From a virus, in UHGV virus genome UHGV-0201879: a stretch of 64,000 nucleotides of DNA; one strand, written 5' to 3'. Below the pieces are notes generated by a model. The model had not been told where the DNA came from. It made no database searches and worked only from the letters and a program-made list of their open reading frames with translations. Numbering within the stretch: the first letter of the stretch is position 1; each line of letters starts with the position of its first letter. The translations under genes were made by a program, and so were the position numbers. This document shows positions 8,752-18,671 of this stretch, piece by piece.

Positions 8752-10983
8752 ATGATTGAAAAAATTAGAAAATCCAATGGTGAACTTGTAGACTTTGATG
8801 CCAGCAGACTGAATAAGTGGGGTTCATGGGCCGACAAACGCGGTATCATCTGGTCAGAAGTTGTCATGGAAGCGACAAAGCGTGTCTACGAAGGCTGTAC
8901 GACAAGAGAGATGCAGCAAGCCATGATTGACGTTTGTATTGACAAACAGACTAAAGAGCACTCTGATATGGCTGGCAGACTCCTTCTGGGTATCATCTAC
9001 AAAGAAGCCTTTGGAGGGTTTACCAAGGTTCCACGTTTACTGGCTGCTGTGAAGAGCTACCAAGCACGTGGTCTGTGGGAAGAGATGGATTACACCGATG
9101 CTGAACTGGAATACCTGCAAGGATTCATCGTCCACTCTAAAGATGAAAACTATGGGTATGCAGTCCTGAAACAATTCCGCGATAAATATGGAATCCGTGA
9201 TATCAAAACTGGTAAGCTGTACGAGTCACCACAGTTTATGTTTATGGGGATGGCTATGAAGGCGTTCGAGAAGCAGCCTAAACACCGCCGTCTGGAGGAT
9301 GTAATTAAACTGTACACCTACCTATCAGATTTGAAGATTAACGCTCCTACGCCTTATTTAAACGGCTTACGTGCGACTAAGAGTGGCTATGCTTCATGTT
9401 GTCTGATTAAGAGTAACGACTCTGCACAATCTATCGGTGTTGCTGCCAAGGTTGCTTATGACATGACTACTAAGCAAGCTGGTATCGGGATGCTGCTGGA
9501 GACACGAACAGTTGGTGACGGTATTCGTAATAACACGATTGAACACATGGGTAAGTTACCTTACTACAAACTGATTCGTTCCTGTGTTGAAGCCAATAAG
9601 CAGAAGAGCCGTGGAGGTTCAGCAAACAACTTCTACACAGCTATGGACCCGCAGATTCAAGACCTGCTAAGACTGAAGCACCCAACAACGGTAGCGAGTA
9701 AGCGTATCAATGAGATGGACTACTCTTTTGGTACTAACGATTACTTCTGGGAGTGTGTACAGAAGGACACAGACTGGTTCTTGTTCTCTTACAAAGATGC
9801 CCCACGACTGTATGACGCTTTCTACAAGCTGTCTGCTGCTGAATTTAGCATGCTGGTCGCTATTGAGTTGAATGCAGGTACGAAACATGTTCGTGTGAAG
9901 GCACGTGATGTGGCAAAACTGTTCATTCAGCAACGTTACGCAACTGGACGTATCTATCCGTTCTTTGCAACCAATGCGAACAGTCATACCCCATTCACAG
10001 AAACACTGAAAATGTCAAACCTGTGTATGGAGATTGTACTACCTGTTTATGGTTTTGAAGATGAGCAAGACCTCTATAGTCCGAGCGAGAAAGAGAAAGG
10101 TGAAGTAGCTCTGTGCTTCCTTGCAAGTCTGGTTGCAGGAAGAATTACGGAGGAAGAATATGGTGATGTGGCTTATTACGCTCTTGCAATGGTTGACTCC
10201 GTTATTGACCTTATGGAGTATCCATATCCGTCAATGGCTCACCATGTACGTAAGCGTCGTTCTGTTGGTATTGGTCTTACTAATGTGGCACACTACCTTG
10301 CGAAGAACTATGTTAACTACTCTTCAAGAGCAGGAAAGACTAAACTGCATGAGTTGGCAGAGATGCACTCCTACCACCTCCATGAAGCCTCACTGAGACT
10401 GGCTAAAGAACGTGGTGTACCAGAGTACATGAAATACACTAAGTATCCGAATGGTTGGGTTCCTCCACACACAGCTAACACGAAGATTAATGCGAAACAC
10501 GACGCAAGACTTCGTTACAACTGGGAAGACCTGTCAGACCGTATCAGGGAGAATGGTGGTATTCGTAACTCTGTGTTAGAGGCTTACATGCCTAACGAGA
10601 GTTCTTCATTAGCAACTAATACGACTAATGGACTGTACCCAATTCGTGACTTTATTCTGACTAAGAAGTCTGCTACGGGTAACGTACTGTTTATCGTCCC
10701 AGACTACGAAGAGCTACGATATGTCTACGAAATTGCTTGGGATATCGACACAGTTGACATGATTGATTGCTATGCAATTGTTCAAAAGTTCACTGGACAG
10801 GCTATCTCTTCAGATTTCTATGTTGACTATGCGAAGAAACGTACAGTATCATTAACGGAAGCCATGCAGTACATGATTTACGCTAACTCAGTAGGGCTGA
10901 AGACGATGTACTACTTGAACAGTCGTGTAGGTGTTGGTAAATCAGCACTTCAGGACGCATACTGTGAAGGTTGTGGTGTTTAG
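8752..10983 (+). CDS. nrdA: ribonucleoside-diphosphate reductase class Ia alpha subunit
   Basis: ATP cone, ASCC, SNLCME catalytic motif, LKTMYY, C-terminal CEGC. Confidence 0.97.
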   Translation: MIEKIRKSNGELVDFDASRLNKWGSWADKRGIIWSEVVMEATKRVYEGCTTREMQQAMIDVCIDKQTKEHSDMAGRLLLGIIYKEAFGGFTKVPRLLAAVKSYQARGLWEEMDYTDAELEYLQGFIVHSKDENYGYAVLKQFRDKYGIRDIKTGKLYESPQFMFMGMAMKAFEKQPKHRRLEDVIKLYTYLSDLKINAPTPYLNGLRATKSGYASCCLIKSNDSAQSIGVAAKVAYDMTTKQAGIGMLLETRTVGDGIRNNTIEHMGKLPYYKLIRSCVEANKQKSRGGSANNFYTAMDPQIQDLLRLKHPTTVASKRINEMDYSFGTNDYFWECVQKDTDWFLFSYKDAPRLYDAFYKLSAAEFSMLVAIELNAGTKHVRVKARDVAKLFIQQRYATGRIYPFFATNANSHTPFTETLKMSNLCMEIVLPVYGFEDEQDLYSPSEKEKGEVALCFLASLVAGRITEEEYGDVAYYALAMVDSVIDLMEYPYPSMAHHVRKRRSVGIGLTNVAHYLAKNYVNYSSRAGKTKLHELAEMHSYHLHEASLRLAKERGVPEYMKYTKYPNGWVPPHTANTKINAKHDARLRYNWEDLSDRIRENGGIRNSVLEAYMPNESSSLATNTTNGLYPIRDFILTKKSATGNVLFIVPDYEELRYVYEIAWDIDTVDMIDCYAIVQKFTGQAISSDFYVDYAKKRTVSLTEAMQYMIYANSVGLKTMYYLNSRVGVGKSALQDAYCEGCGV

Positions 10984-11035
10984 TTTCAATAATTATGAGG
11001 GTCGTAAAAGACCCTCTAAAATGTCTGGAGAGACT

Positions 11036-11338
11036 ATGTTAGAAAGAATCTCAAAAGCAGCGGAACGGTTTAAGCCATTCCCTATCTATCTCTACTACAA
11101 AGACCGTGGTACATTCTATTATGTACGTAATACCAACGTCCATGTAAAGCAACCTGACGGAAGCTGGAAGAGACACATCTCGTATGTAGATTGCCACAGC
11201 GGTGTAGAGTATTGCAGACCTTCTGAAATGTTCAAACAGGAGCACTGGTCGGTACTGAGTGGCCCACAAGCTATGGAAAAATATGACAACATTCACCATC
11301 ACACTTTTACTGTAGGAGAGACAAATGCAAACCGTTAA
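11036..11338 (+). CDS. DUF1653-like hypothetical protein between nrdA and nrdB
   Basis: Y.YKDRG.FY...YCRP.EMF pattern; GGAG RBS before ATG 11036. Confidence 0.6.
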   Translation: MLERISKAAERFKPFPIYLYYKDRGTFYYVRNTNVHVKQPDGSWKRHISYVDCHSGVEYCRPSEMFKQEHWSVLSGPQAMEKYDNIHHHTFTVGETNANR

Positions 11339-12404
11339 TACTAACCACCGAATCTTTCTGGGTAAGCCACTGGCAACTTACGATTCACTGAACGTGCACT
11401 ATCCAAAAATCTTTGACCTTTACAAGAAACAGAAAGCACAAGATTGGTCTGAAGATGAGTTCCCATTAGAGCAGTCACGACTGGACTTTGAGACTGTACC
11501 GGAATCTATGTCTGGTGTAATGCTGGAGATTCTTAAGTGGCAATGGGAAGCGGATTCACAGGTGGCTAAGTCTCTTGCAGTAGCTTTTGCACCATTCATT
11601 ACCGATGACACATACGCTACAGCGATTCTGAAGCAGTCTGAGATTGAGAAGCTACATGCTCTCACTTACTCCGAGATTGTCCGTCAGTGTATTCGTAACC
11701 CTGAGACAATCCTTGATGAGATTCAGAATAACGCTGCTGTACAGGACCGTATGCGAGTCATTAACAAGGTTCTGGAAGAATTGCTGGACGAAGGTATCAA
11801 TTACCGTCTTACCTTTGTCAGAGAACAGTTGATGGAGCGTGACCCATTACACTTCCACAAAGTTATCTTGAAAGCTCTCTTTGCAGTTGCAGCTTTAGAG
11901 GGTATCGCTTTTATGGCATCTTTTGCATGTACCTTTGCACTTGATGCGCAGGATAAGTTTCAAGGTATTGCACAGGCTGTGCAGAAGATTATGTTAGACG
12001 AGATTCTTCACACTCAGATTGATATCGAAGTCTTAAAAGAAACACTGAAAGACCCTGAGTTCCAAGCTGCCTTCCAGCAAGTCTTACCAGAAATTAAGGT
12101 AATCTTAGACGAAGGTATTGAAAGTGAAGAGAAATTCTCTTATTATATCTTCTCTGACGGTCGAGCTATCGTCGGACTAAATAGTACCTTACTGAAAAGT
12201 TGGGTCTATTACAATGCAGCACCACTGTATGACATGTTCGGAATCCAACGAGACTTCGAAGCACCGAAAGAGGCTCCACTCAAGTACATGCTGAAGAAGA
12301 TGGAGATTGACAAAGAACAGAATGCTAACCAAGAACAACAAAATGGCGCATATCTGATTAATGCAGTGGTTGATGATTTACAATCTGGTTATTTAGAGGT
12401 TTAA
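11325..12404 (+). CDS. nrdB: ribonucleoside-diphosphate reductase beta subunit
   Basis: W..DE, E.LH...YS, LEGI.F..SF, DEILH diiron motifs. Confidence 0.96.
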   Translation: MQTVNTNHRIFLGKPLATYDSLNVHYPKIFDLYKKQKAQDWSEDEFPLEQSRLDFETVPESMSGVMLEILKWQWEADSQVAKSLAVAFAPFITDDTYATAILKQSEIEKLHALTYSEIVRQCIRNPETILDEIQNNAAVQDRMRVINKVLEELLDEGINYRLTFVREQLMERDPLHFHKVILKALFAVAALEGIAFMASFACTFALDAQDKFQGIAQAVQKIMLDEILHTQIDIEVLKETLKDPEFQAAFQQVLPEIKVILDEGIESEEKFSYYIFSDGRAIVGLNSTLLKSWVYYNAAPLYDMFGIQRDFEAPKEAPLKYMLKKMEIDKEQNANQEQQNGAYLINAVVDDLQSGYLEV

Positions 12405-12405
12405 T

Positions 12406-12648
12406 ATGACGTATGTAATTTATTCTAAGAATGGTTGTCCACAATGTGATGTTGCTAAGAACTTTGCAAAATCCCGTGGTGTAGACCACATTATTCGTAT
12501 GCTGGGTGTTGACTACGAACTCAACGATTTGATGGATATCGCAAAGACGCCAATCCGTCAGATGCCTTTCATCATGAAAACTGTTGATGATAATCTGGTT
12601 CCAGTTGGTTCACTTCAAGATTTCATGAAAGAGGTAAATAATGGTTAA
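12406..12648 (+). CDS. glutaredoxin
   Basis: IYSK.GCPQC, RQMP.I; follows nrdB. Confidence 0.92.
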   Translation: MTYVIYSKNGCPQCDVAKNFAKSRGVDHIIRMLGVDYELNDLMDIAKTPIRQMPFIMKTVDDNLVPVGSLQDFMKEVNNG

Positions 12649-12871
12649 GTTTTTCGAATCCCTCTTTAGCTGTTTGAAAGAAGATGGTGTATTCATAATC
12701 CTTGCCATGATGATTTACAACGTGTTTCTGCCACTACAGCCCTTCGTAGTGCTGGAGTTCATCGCTGTATGGCTTGCAACAGATGCTATTGAGCGACATT
12801 TCCAGTTTACAAAGAAGCTGAGAAAGTACATTCAGAAGCGACGTGAGCAGTCTGGCAAAGGCATTAAATAA
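12641..12871 (+). CDS. membrane protein
   Basis: two hydrophobic segments, basic tail. Confidence 0.7.
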   Translation: MVKFFESLFSCLKEDGVFIILAMMIYNVFLPLQPFVVLEFIAVWLATDAIERHFQFTKKLRKYIQKRREQSGKGIK

Positions 12872-12877
12872 GACAGT

Positions 12878-12900
12878 AAAGCTCTCTTCGGAGGGCTTTT
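12878..12900 (+). terminator. intrinsic terminator
   Basis: AAAGCTCTC-TTCG-GAGGGCTTTT. Confidence 0.8.
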
Positions 12901-12918
12901 CTTGTATCTGGAGAGAGT

Positions 12919-13119
12919 ATGAGCCAATTTTATAAAACCATCGTCACAATCTTTGTTATGTTGTTTGGTTGTGCTGTGACGATTTGGGGATTCTCTGACC
13001 CGCAATGGTCAATCCTCTACAAAGATGGTATGGATTTCTGGGTATGCCTCAAACCATTCATAGGTATTGCTATGATAGTGAGTGCACTCTGTTTTATTAT
13101 CAGGAGGCTGTATGAGTAG
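12919..13119 (+). CDS. two-TM membrane protein
   Basis: 66 aa, two TM helices, GGAG RBS. Confidence 0.75.
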   Translation: MSQFYKTIVTIFVMLFGCAVTIWGFSDPQWSILYKDGMDFWVCLKPFIGIAMIVSALCFIIRRLYE

Positions 13120-13414
13120 AACATTTCGTAGAAAGAACGCTGAAAGGTATGTGAAGGCTTTACAGCATAAGGCAGAAGAAAGGAACAATCCAAAAGCTGC
13201 TATAGCTTATAGTCACTCCGACATGCTTACACGTAAAGGGTGTTGGCTAGACTGGTACAGCAGAAAACCTTGTAGAATTATCAAAGAGATTACTAAGAAG
13301 AAGCTACGCAGTGAAATACACAGTAAATCTTTGGTAGATTTCTTAAAAGAAGACTTTGACATGAATGCCAAAGCCACTATAAAATCCTGTATGGACTACT
13401 ACATGTATTGGTGA
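13112..13414 (+). CDS. basic hypothetical protein
   Basis: AGGAGG RBS before MSRTFRRK. Confidence 0.75.
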   Translation: MSRTFRRKNAERYVKALQHKAEERNNPKAAIAYSHSDMLTRKGCWLDWYSRKPCRIIKEITKKKLRSEIHSKSLVDFLKEDFDMNAKATIKSCMDYYMYW

Positions 13415-13419
13415 GACAA

Positions 13420-13536
13420 ATGATGAAAAGATTCATAGCAGCTACTGCAATCGCTTTAACGGTTGTTGTCTACTTTTTAGTTTTCATTGCACCAGCCCTT
13501 AATATCATGACACCACTTGCTTGGACGAATTGGTAA
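13420..13536 (+). CDS. small single-TM protein (38 aa)
   Basis: MMKRFIAATAIALTVVVYFLVFIAP...; TAATG coupling to next ORF. Confidence 0.6.
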   Translation: MMKRFIAATAIALTVVVYFLVFIAPALNIMTPLAWTNW

Positions 13537-13991
13537 TGAACTACACAGACATTAAAACAGACCCATTTAACATGGGAAGAGAGAAAGACTACGGAATCAA
13601 ACTGGCTAAAGCTGGTGACGAACACTCTGAAAAGTTCACCGACTTCGAGATGTGGGAGATTCTTTACTGCATTGGAAGAAAGGGTATAGAAGACTTTCAC
13701 ATCTATGGGGATGACCCATTAAGTGATGCCAACATCGGTGAAGTCTCTTATATCTGTAAGACAATCAAGCAAAGAAGCGATGGTGACGTGAAGATTACCA
13801 TTCACTCTGCTAAACCACTGCATGAATTTATTAAAGAAGGATTCATGAATATGTTTGTTGACTTCTTTGTAGAGAATAAGTATGATTCAACCACTAACCA
13901 ACTGGAGAGCCAAACTCTCTGGACTAAAGAGTCCGGTTGGATGAACGATATTCAGTGGCACGCTTCACAATTGAGAGGAACTTATGTTTAA
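13536..13991 (+). CDS. NrdG (anaerobic RNR activase)-like protein lacking the radical-SAM cysteines
   Basis: MNY..I, FT...EI, GDDPL...N, VD..VE.KY, SQ.LW align with phage NrdG landmarks; no CxxxCxxC. Confidence 0.7.
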   Translation: MNYTDIKTDPFNMGREKDYGIKLAKAGDEHSEKFTDFEMWEILYCIGRKGIEDFHIYGDDPLSDANIGEVSYICKTIKQRSDGDVKITIHSAKPLHEFIKEGFMNMFVDFFVENKYDSTTNQLESQTLWTKESGWMNDIQWHASQLRGTYV

Positions 13992-14214
13992 AATTATTTC
14001 TAAAGCACTGGCAAAACTGGCAGCAATTGGTCTTAACAATAAAGGTCTGAATGCTGCAAGTATCGACGAACACCTACTACTGGAGCAAGTAAAACAGGCT
14101 TACACCTATGTAGGTCGTGGTAAAGGTGGCAAGAAACGCGCACATACCAAATCTGGTGCAGCAGCAATTAAACGTGCAGCTAAGAAAGCTCGCAACCGCA
14201 AACGTGCTAAGTAA
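13984..14214 (+). CDS. hypothetical protein with very basic C-terminus
   Basis: ..SGAAAIKRAAKKARNRKRAK; GAGG RBS. Confidence 0.75.
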   Translation: MFKIISKALAKLAAIGLNNKGLNAASIDEHLLLEQVKQAYTYVGRGKGGKKRAHTKSGAAAIKRAAKKARNRKRAK

Positions 14215-14223
14215 GGCTATAAC

Positions 14224-14553
14224 ATGACTGACAAACAGAAGATTTACAATACCCGTCGCTTACAGATTATGGTTCTGTGTGGGTATATGAACGATGAGAA
14301 AGACTCACTGTATTGTGGTTCTGGATTTACCAACTCTGACGGACAGTACATCCCTTTCAAGAAAGCTGTGGAGATGTACAACAACGAAAGTAAAGATATC
14401 CGTAGCCGTTACGCTTTTGATAAGCTAAAACTCTCTTACGATAAGCGTAAGAAGAAGATTATCTGCTTATCCAACGTGATTAAGACGCTTGACCTCATTG
14501 ATAGCGAAGAAGATTATAAACACTTCTTAAAAATCTTGAAACGTCATAAATAA
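14224..14553 (+). CDS. hypothetical protein
   Basis: 109 aa ORF, followed by terminator. Confidence 0.75.
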   Translation: MTDKQKIYNTRRLQIMVLCGYMNDEKDSLYCGSGFTNSDGQYIPFKKAVEMYNNESKDIRSRYAFDKLKLSYDKRKKKIICLSNVIKTLDLIDSEEDYKHFLKILKRHK

Positions 14554-14565
14554 CTTGATAGTCTT

Positions 14566-14592
14566 AGGGAACTGTAACAGGTTCCCTTTTTT
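14566..14592 (+). terminator. intrinsic terminator
   Basis: AGGGAAC..GTTCCCT + T run. Confidence 0.75.
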
Positions 14593-14607
14593 ATTGGAGA
14601 TTTTATA

Positions 14608-15141
14608 GTGAACTTCCCATATAGTGTACACAGAAATGCTGCAAAGACTGTTGTAGGTATGGATGAGGCTGCAAGATTAGACCTCGCACTTAATCATAAC
14701 TATGACCCAGAGAACTCCAACAGGATGACCATTCACACTGATGGTAAAATCCGTGAGAGAGCTATCTTCCTCTACTACCCCCACTACACTATTGATAACG
14801 TGTATGAGTATGCTGTTATCAAGTCAACTATCACATACCTTAACAAGCTATGTCGATTCCCCACCAGCAAAGGCTTTACATTAGGCCACCACATCCCTGT
14901 GAAAGCTGGAGGTACACACCACATGGAAAACTGGTTTATCCAGACTTACAAAGATAACCAGCTACAAGGTAACAATGTACCTGAAACGCCTAAGATGACA
15001 TTTGAAGAGCAGAAAGAATATCTAAAACAAAACATGCCACAACTACTTGACAGAGCCTACTCAGATATCGCAGTATTACTCCTGTTGAAGTACGAAGAAA
15101 TCTATAAGGCGACTTATCCATGTCAAAAAGAGATTGGGTAG
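14608..15141 (+). CDS. HNH endonuclease-like protein
   Basis: GHHIPVKAGGTHHMENW...DN pattern (DH.IP...GG.H...N). Confidence 0.7.
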   Translation: MNFPYSVHRNAAKTVVGMDEAARLDLALNHNYDPENSNRMTIHTDGKIRERAIFLYYPHYTIDNVYEYAVIKSTITYLNKLCRFPTSKGFTLGHHIPVKAGGTHHMENWFIQTYKDNQLQGNNVPETPKMTFEEQKEYLKQNMPQLLDRAYSDIAVLLLLKYEEIYKATYPCQKEIG

Positions 15142-15398
15142 TAAAAAGTCTGGTATCGGATGGTGGTCACGGAACTGACATGTACATGATTCGTGGACAT
15201 GTTGATAACGACCTTGCTATGATAACCCTTGATGAGGTTGTAGGGGATTTTCACAGAACCTTGGGAGAACCGAGTTTTGAAAGAACCTTTACAAAACCTG
15301 TACCAGACTCTACAGGCAATTGCTCAGTGATTTATCACATAGTAGACCCTAAGAAGTGTAAATCTGCAATGGCAGTAACCTTCGTAACATACGATTAA
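15120..15398 (+). CDS. hypothetical protein
   Basis: 92 aa ORF. Confidence 0.7.
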   Translation: MSKRDWVVKSLVSDGGHGTDMYMIRGHVDNDLAMITLDEVVGDFHRTLGEPSFERTFTKPVPDSTGNCSVIYHIVDPKKCKSAMAVTFVTYD

Positions 15399-15409
15399 GA
15401 GAGAAAAGT

Positions 15410-16303
15410 ATGAAACTGACTTCTAAAGTAACTGTAAACATCCTGACTAACAACGGTGCATCGTACATTCAGGAACTTGATGTGACACATTTCCCTACTG
15501 GTGAGATTATGGCACACCTGTCTCCAGAGTGTGTACGCTTCTGTCAGGAAAACGGTGGAAACATGAAAGCTGTTGTGTACGTTACACAGGGCTTCTGTAA
15601 AGACCTTCTGTTTAAGATTGCCTTAGCAAAAGAGGCTGTAACTACACTGATTCCTGTTGGAAACGTTACACATGCACTGATAATGGCTTACCTGCCAAAT
15701 GCTCGTTATGACCGTCACATGTTTGAGGGTGATGCAGCAGCTTTGAAGGTGTTTGCAAACATGATTAACAGCATGGGTTTTGATGCAGTCTCCTGCTTCG
15801 ATGCTCATAGTAACGTTGCAGAGAACCTCTTCCCAGCTTTCCGTGAAATGTCTCAAGCAGAAATCTTGGCAGACGGTAAAGAGGTCATTTACCAGAAACG
15901 TTATAACTTCCTTGTAGCTCCAGATGCAGGTGCTTCTAAGAAGATTCACAAAGTATCTGAAGTGCTGGGAATCCCTTACATCACTATGCACAAACATCGT
16001 GACGTTAAAACTGGTGAGATTACCGGAATCAGTGTCCTTGACAAAGAAGACTTAACAGGTAAGACAGTCCTGATTGTTGATGACATTTGTGACGGTGGAC
16101 GTACATTTGTAGAGGCTGCAAAAGTTCTCCGTGAAAATGGTGCTAATGTTGTTGACTTATGCGTTACACATGGTATCTTCAGTGCCGGAGTTGAACGACT
16201 GTTTGAGGGTGGTATTGACACAATCTACACCACAGACACTTTAGGCAGCTTCGAAGAACGTGGTTTTGCCAACAACCCTCGTATGAAAATGTTAGGTCAA
16301 TAA
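15410..16303 (+). CDS. ribose-phosphate pyrophosphokinase-like (probable ADPR-PP synthase, Adps)
   Basis: FPTGE, YLP.AR.DR, D.HS, VAPDAGA, VDDICDGGRT, THGIFS. Confidence 0.9.
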   Translation: MKLTSKVTVNILTNNGASYIQELDVTHFPTGEIMAHLSPECVRFCQENGGNMKAVVYVTQGFCKDLLFKIALAKEAVTTLIPVGNVTHALIMAYLPNARYDRHMFEGDAAALKVFANMINSMGFDAVSCFDAHSNVAENLFPAFREMSQAEILADGKEVIYQKRYNFLVAPDAGASKKIHKVSEVLGIPYITMHKHRDVKTGEITGISVLDKEDLTGKTVLIVDDICDGGRTFVEAAKVLRENGANVVDLCVTHGIFSAGVERLFEGGIDTIYTTDTLGSFEERGFANNPRMKMLGQ

Positions 16304-16314
16304 GAGAGATTATC

Positions 16315-18099
16315 ATGACAAATTCTATCTACGCAGTACCAGCAGGTCTTAATGCAGATGCTTACAAAGCAGGTCACATCTATCAGTACCCAAAAGGTAC
16401 TTCGTTCCTGATGATGAACCTGACACCACGCTCCGATAAGTGGTTTAACAGTCCACTGACCGTTGACGGTGTAGTTGCTTTCGGTATTCAACGCTTTGTT
16501 AAAGACTACCTCGTAGACCACTGGAACAAAACATTCTTCGAAGTTGAGAAGGATGAAGCTGTTAGCCAGATTGTAGATGTAATGAACGGTGTTCTCGGTG
16601 AAGGTGCTATCGGACGTAAGCATTGGGAAGATTTGCACGACCTCGGATATCTGCCAGTAGAAGTTTACGCAGTTGATGAAGGAACAATCGTGCCGATGAA
16701 AGTTCCAATGGTTGTCTTCATGAACACAGTCACTGGCTTCCATTGGGTTGCAGGATATCTGGAAGATGCTTTCTCTGCTGAAATCTGGAAAGCCTCCACT
16801 ATTGCCACTGTTGCCTTACACTACAAACGTATTTGTAAGAAATGGGCTGAACTATCTTGTGACAATCTGGGTCATCTGCCGTGGCAGTGTCATGACTTTG
16901 CAATGCGAGGAATGTCTGGTTTTACAGATGATGCCTTCAATGCTGTAGGCCACTTAACCTGCTTCCAAGGCACTGATAGCTTCCCTGCGGTGTACACTGC
17001 AAAACGTGCTTATGGCAACAACATGCCTATCTCGCAGATTGGTAACTCTGTACCAGCTACAGAACACTCTGTGATGTGTGCTAACATTGCATTCCGAGGG
17101 AAAGGTAAAGAGGACGAGTACGAACAGCGTTACTACGGTGAGAAAGAGACTTTCCGTAAGTTCCTGACTGAGACTTACCCAACTGGTATTGTCTCTGTAG
17201 TCTCTGACACGTACAACTTCTGGCGTACCATTGACGACATTCTGCCATCTCTGCGAAAAGAAATTATGGAGCGTGATGGTAAACTGGTTGTTCGTCCTGA
17301 CTCTGGCGACCCTGTTTATGTTGTCACAGGTTATAAAGCAATCCACTTAGAGTGTGCTAAGAAGGCTTACTACGAACACTTTGTCAACCTGAATATCAAC
17401 AGTCCGAAGACTAAAGCGATTCTGGACATGACACTGGAAGACATTGACTATGGAATGTCTGGTTGGTTGCTCTCTGAAGGGTACGAAATGGTTGTTGACC
17501 GTGAAGACCTTGAGTCGGCTGACACAGTTATCCTGAAAGACGTTTATCGCTCAGGTGTAGTCAACGTAGTAGTTCGTCCGAAAGCAGAGATTGATGGTGC
17601 TCTCAGAACGCTCTATAACGTCTTTGGAGGCACTATTAACTCCAAGGGTTATAAGGTACTGGATGAACACATTGGCCTCATCTACGGCGATTCTATCACG
17701 CTAGAACGTGCTGATTTAATCCTGAAGCGCATGTATGAGATGGGTTTTGCAAGTTCTAACATCGTATTTGGTGTAGGTTCGTACACTTACCAGTACATGA
17801 CACGAGACACTTTCGCATTTGCTGTGAAAGCAACTCTGGCACGTATTGAAGGCGAAGACTACATGCTGTCGAAAGACCCTGTGACGGATAATGGTGTCAA
17901 AAAGTCTGCCCGTGGTGGTGTTGCTGCTGTACGTGGCAAAGACGGGAAACTGAAACTTAAAGATGGTATGACGTTTGCAGATTTTGATGATGCTACAGCG
18001 ATAGGTTCCCTTAGCATGAATCTTGTATTCGCTGACTCTAATGCCTACGGGTACACCAGTTTGAATGACATTCGAAATACTATTGACATTCAACTTTAA
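16315..18099 (+). CDS. nadV: nicotinamide phosphoribosyltransferase-like (probable Namat)
   Basis: DAYK.GH..QYP, HDF..RG, PATEHSV, SVVSDTY, VRPDSG, IYGDSI, FGVG, KDP.TD.G.KKSA.G. Confidence 0.92.
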   Translation: MTNSIYAVPAGLNADAYKAGHIYQYPKGTSFLMMNLTPRSDKWFNSPLTVDGVVAFGIQRFVKDYLVDHWNKTFFEVEKDEAVSQIVDVMNGVLGEGAIGRKHWEDLHDLGYLPVEVYAVDEGTIVPMKVPMVVFMNTVTGFHWVAGYLEDAFSAEIWKASTIATVALHYKRICKKWAELSCDNLGHLPWQCHDFAMRGMSGFTDDAFNAVGHLTCFQGTDSFPAVYTAKRAYGNNMPISQIGNSVPATEHSVMCANIAFRGKGKEDEYEQRYYGEKETFRKFLTETYPTGIVSVVSDTYNFWRTIDDILPSLRKEIMERDGKLVVRPDSGDPVYVVTGYKAIHLECAKKAYYEHFVNLNINSPKTKAILDMTLEDIDYGMSGWLLSEGYEMVVDREDLESADTVILKDVYRSGVVNVVVRPKAEIDGALRTLYNVFGGTINSKGYKVLDEHIGLIYGDSITLERADLILKRMYEMGFASSNIVFGVGSYTYQYMTRDTFAFAVKATLARIEGEDYMLSKDPVTDNGVKKSARGGVAAVRGKDGKLKLKDGMTFADFDDATAIGSLSMNLVFADSNAYGYTSLNDIRNTIDIQL

Positions 18100-18111
18100 A
18101 TAGTCCACATT

Positions 18112-18135
18112 AAAGCCTCCTAACGGGGGCTTTTT
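18112..18135 (+). terminator. intrinsic terminator
   Basis: AAAGCCTCC-TAAC-GGGGGCTTTTT; same hairpin recurs at 26093. Confidence 0.8.
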
Positions 18136-18154
18136 CATTTGTAGAAGGGTTATC

Positions 18155-18490
18155 ATGAAGATTAAAAGTTTGAGTCTACAGTTGCAGGTTGAGGTTAAGT
18201 GGGATGAGATTTGCGGAGTAGACAACTCCATAGCTTTTCTAAGAAAAGTTAAAGAGTGTGCTGAAAAGGAACTCGCTACAGACTATGTAACAACGGTAGC
18301 TGTAAAAGTCTGTTTAAAAGGAATGCCACAAAATCACCAATTAGCTATTGACGAGTTCTTAAACAAGTTCTATTATCCAAACAAGAAGATGATTGACGAA
18401 GAGTTTGCTCTGACCTCAAGCATTGTTCATGACAGAACTTTCACTCTCCACCGACAAGTAGGAGAAAAACTATGCAAGGTGATTGGTTAA
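18155..18490 (+). CDS. hypothetical protein
   Basis: 111 aa ORF. Confidence 0.7.
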   Translation: MKIKSLSLQLQVEVKWDEICGVDNSIAFLRKVKECAEKELATDYVTTVAVKVCLKGMPQNHQLAIDEFLNKFYYPNKKMIDEEFALTSSIVHDRTFTLHRQVGEKLCKVIG

Positions 18491-18654
18491 CACTACTACA
18501 CATTATCTTAGCAGGTTGTGTAATTGGTACAGGGTACATCATTTGTCATTTAGTTATTGACTTTGTTCGCTGCCCGAACTGTAATGGAAAAGGTTTTACT
18601 GACAATGGATGTTGCCCCTTCTGTGAAGGGACTGGAAAAATTCTTAAAAAGTAA
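18472..18654 (+). CDS. TM protein with DnaJ-type zinc finger
   Basis: TM helix then CPNCNGKG..CPFCEGTG. Confidence 0.75.
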   Translation: MQGDWLTLLHIILAGCVIGTGYIICHLVIDFVRCPNCNGKGFTDNGCCPFCEGTGKILKK

Positions 18655-18671
18655 TCTGAGGAAAACTTAAC

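Noticed and set aside
10931..11338. Intron or homing endonuclease between nrdA and nrdB
   Set aside because: Both nrd genes are uninterrupted, and the intervening ORF has no nuclease motif
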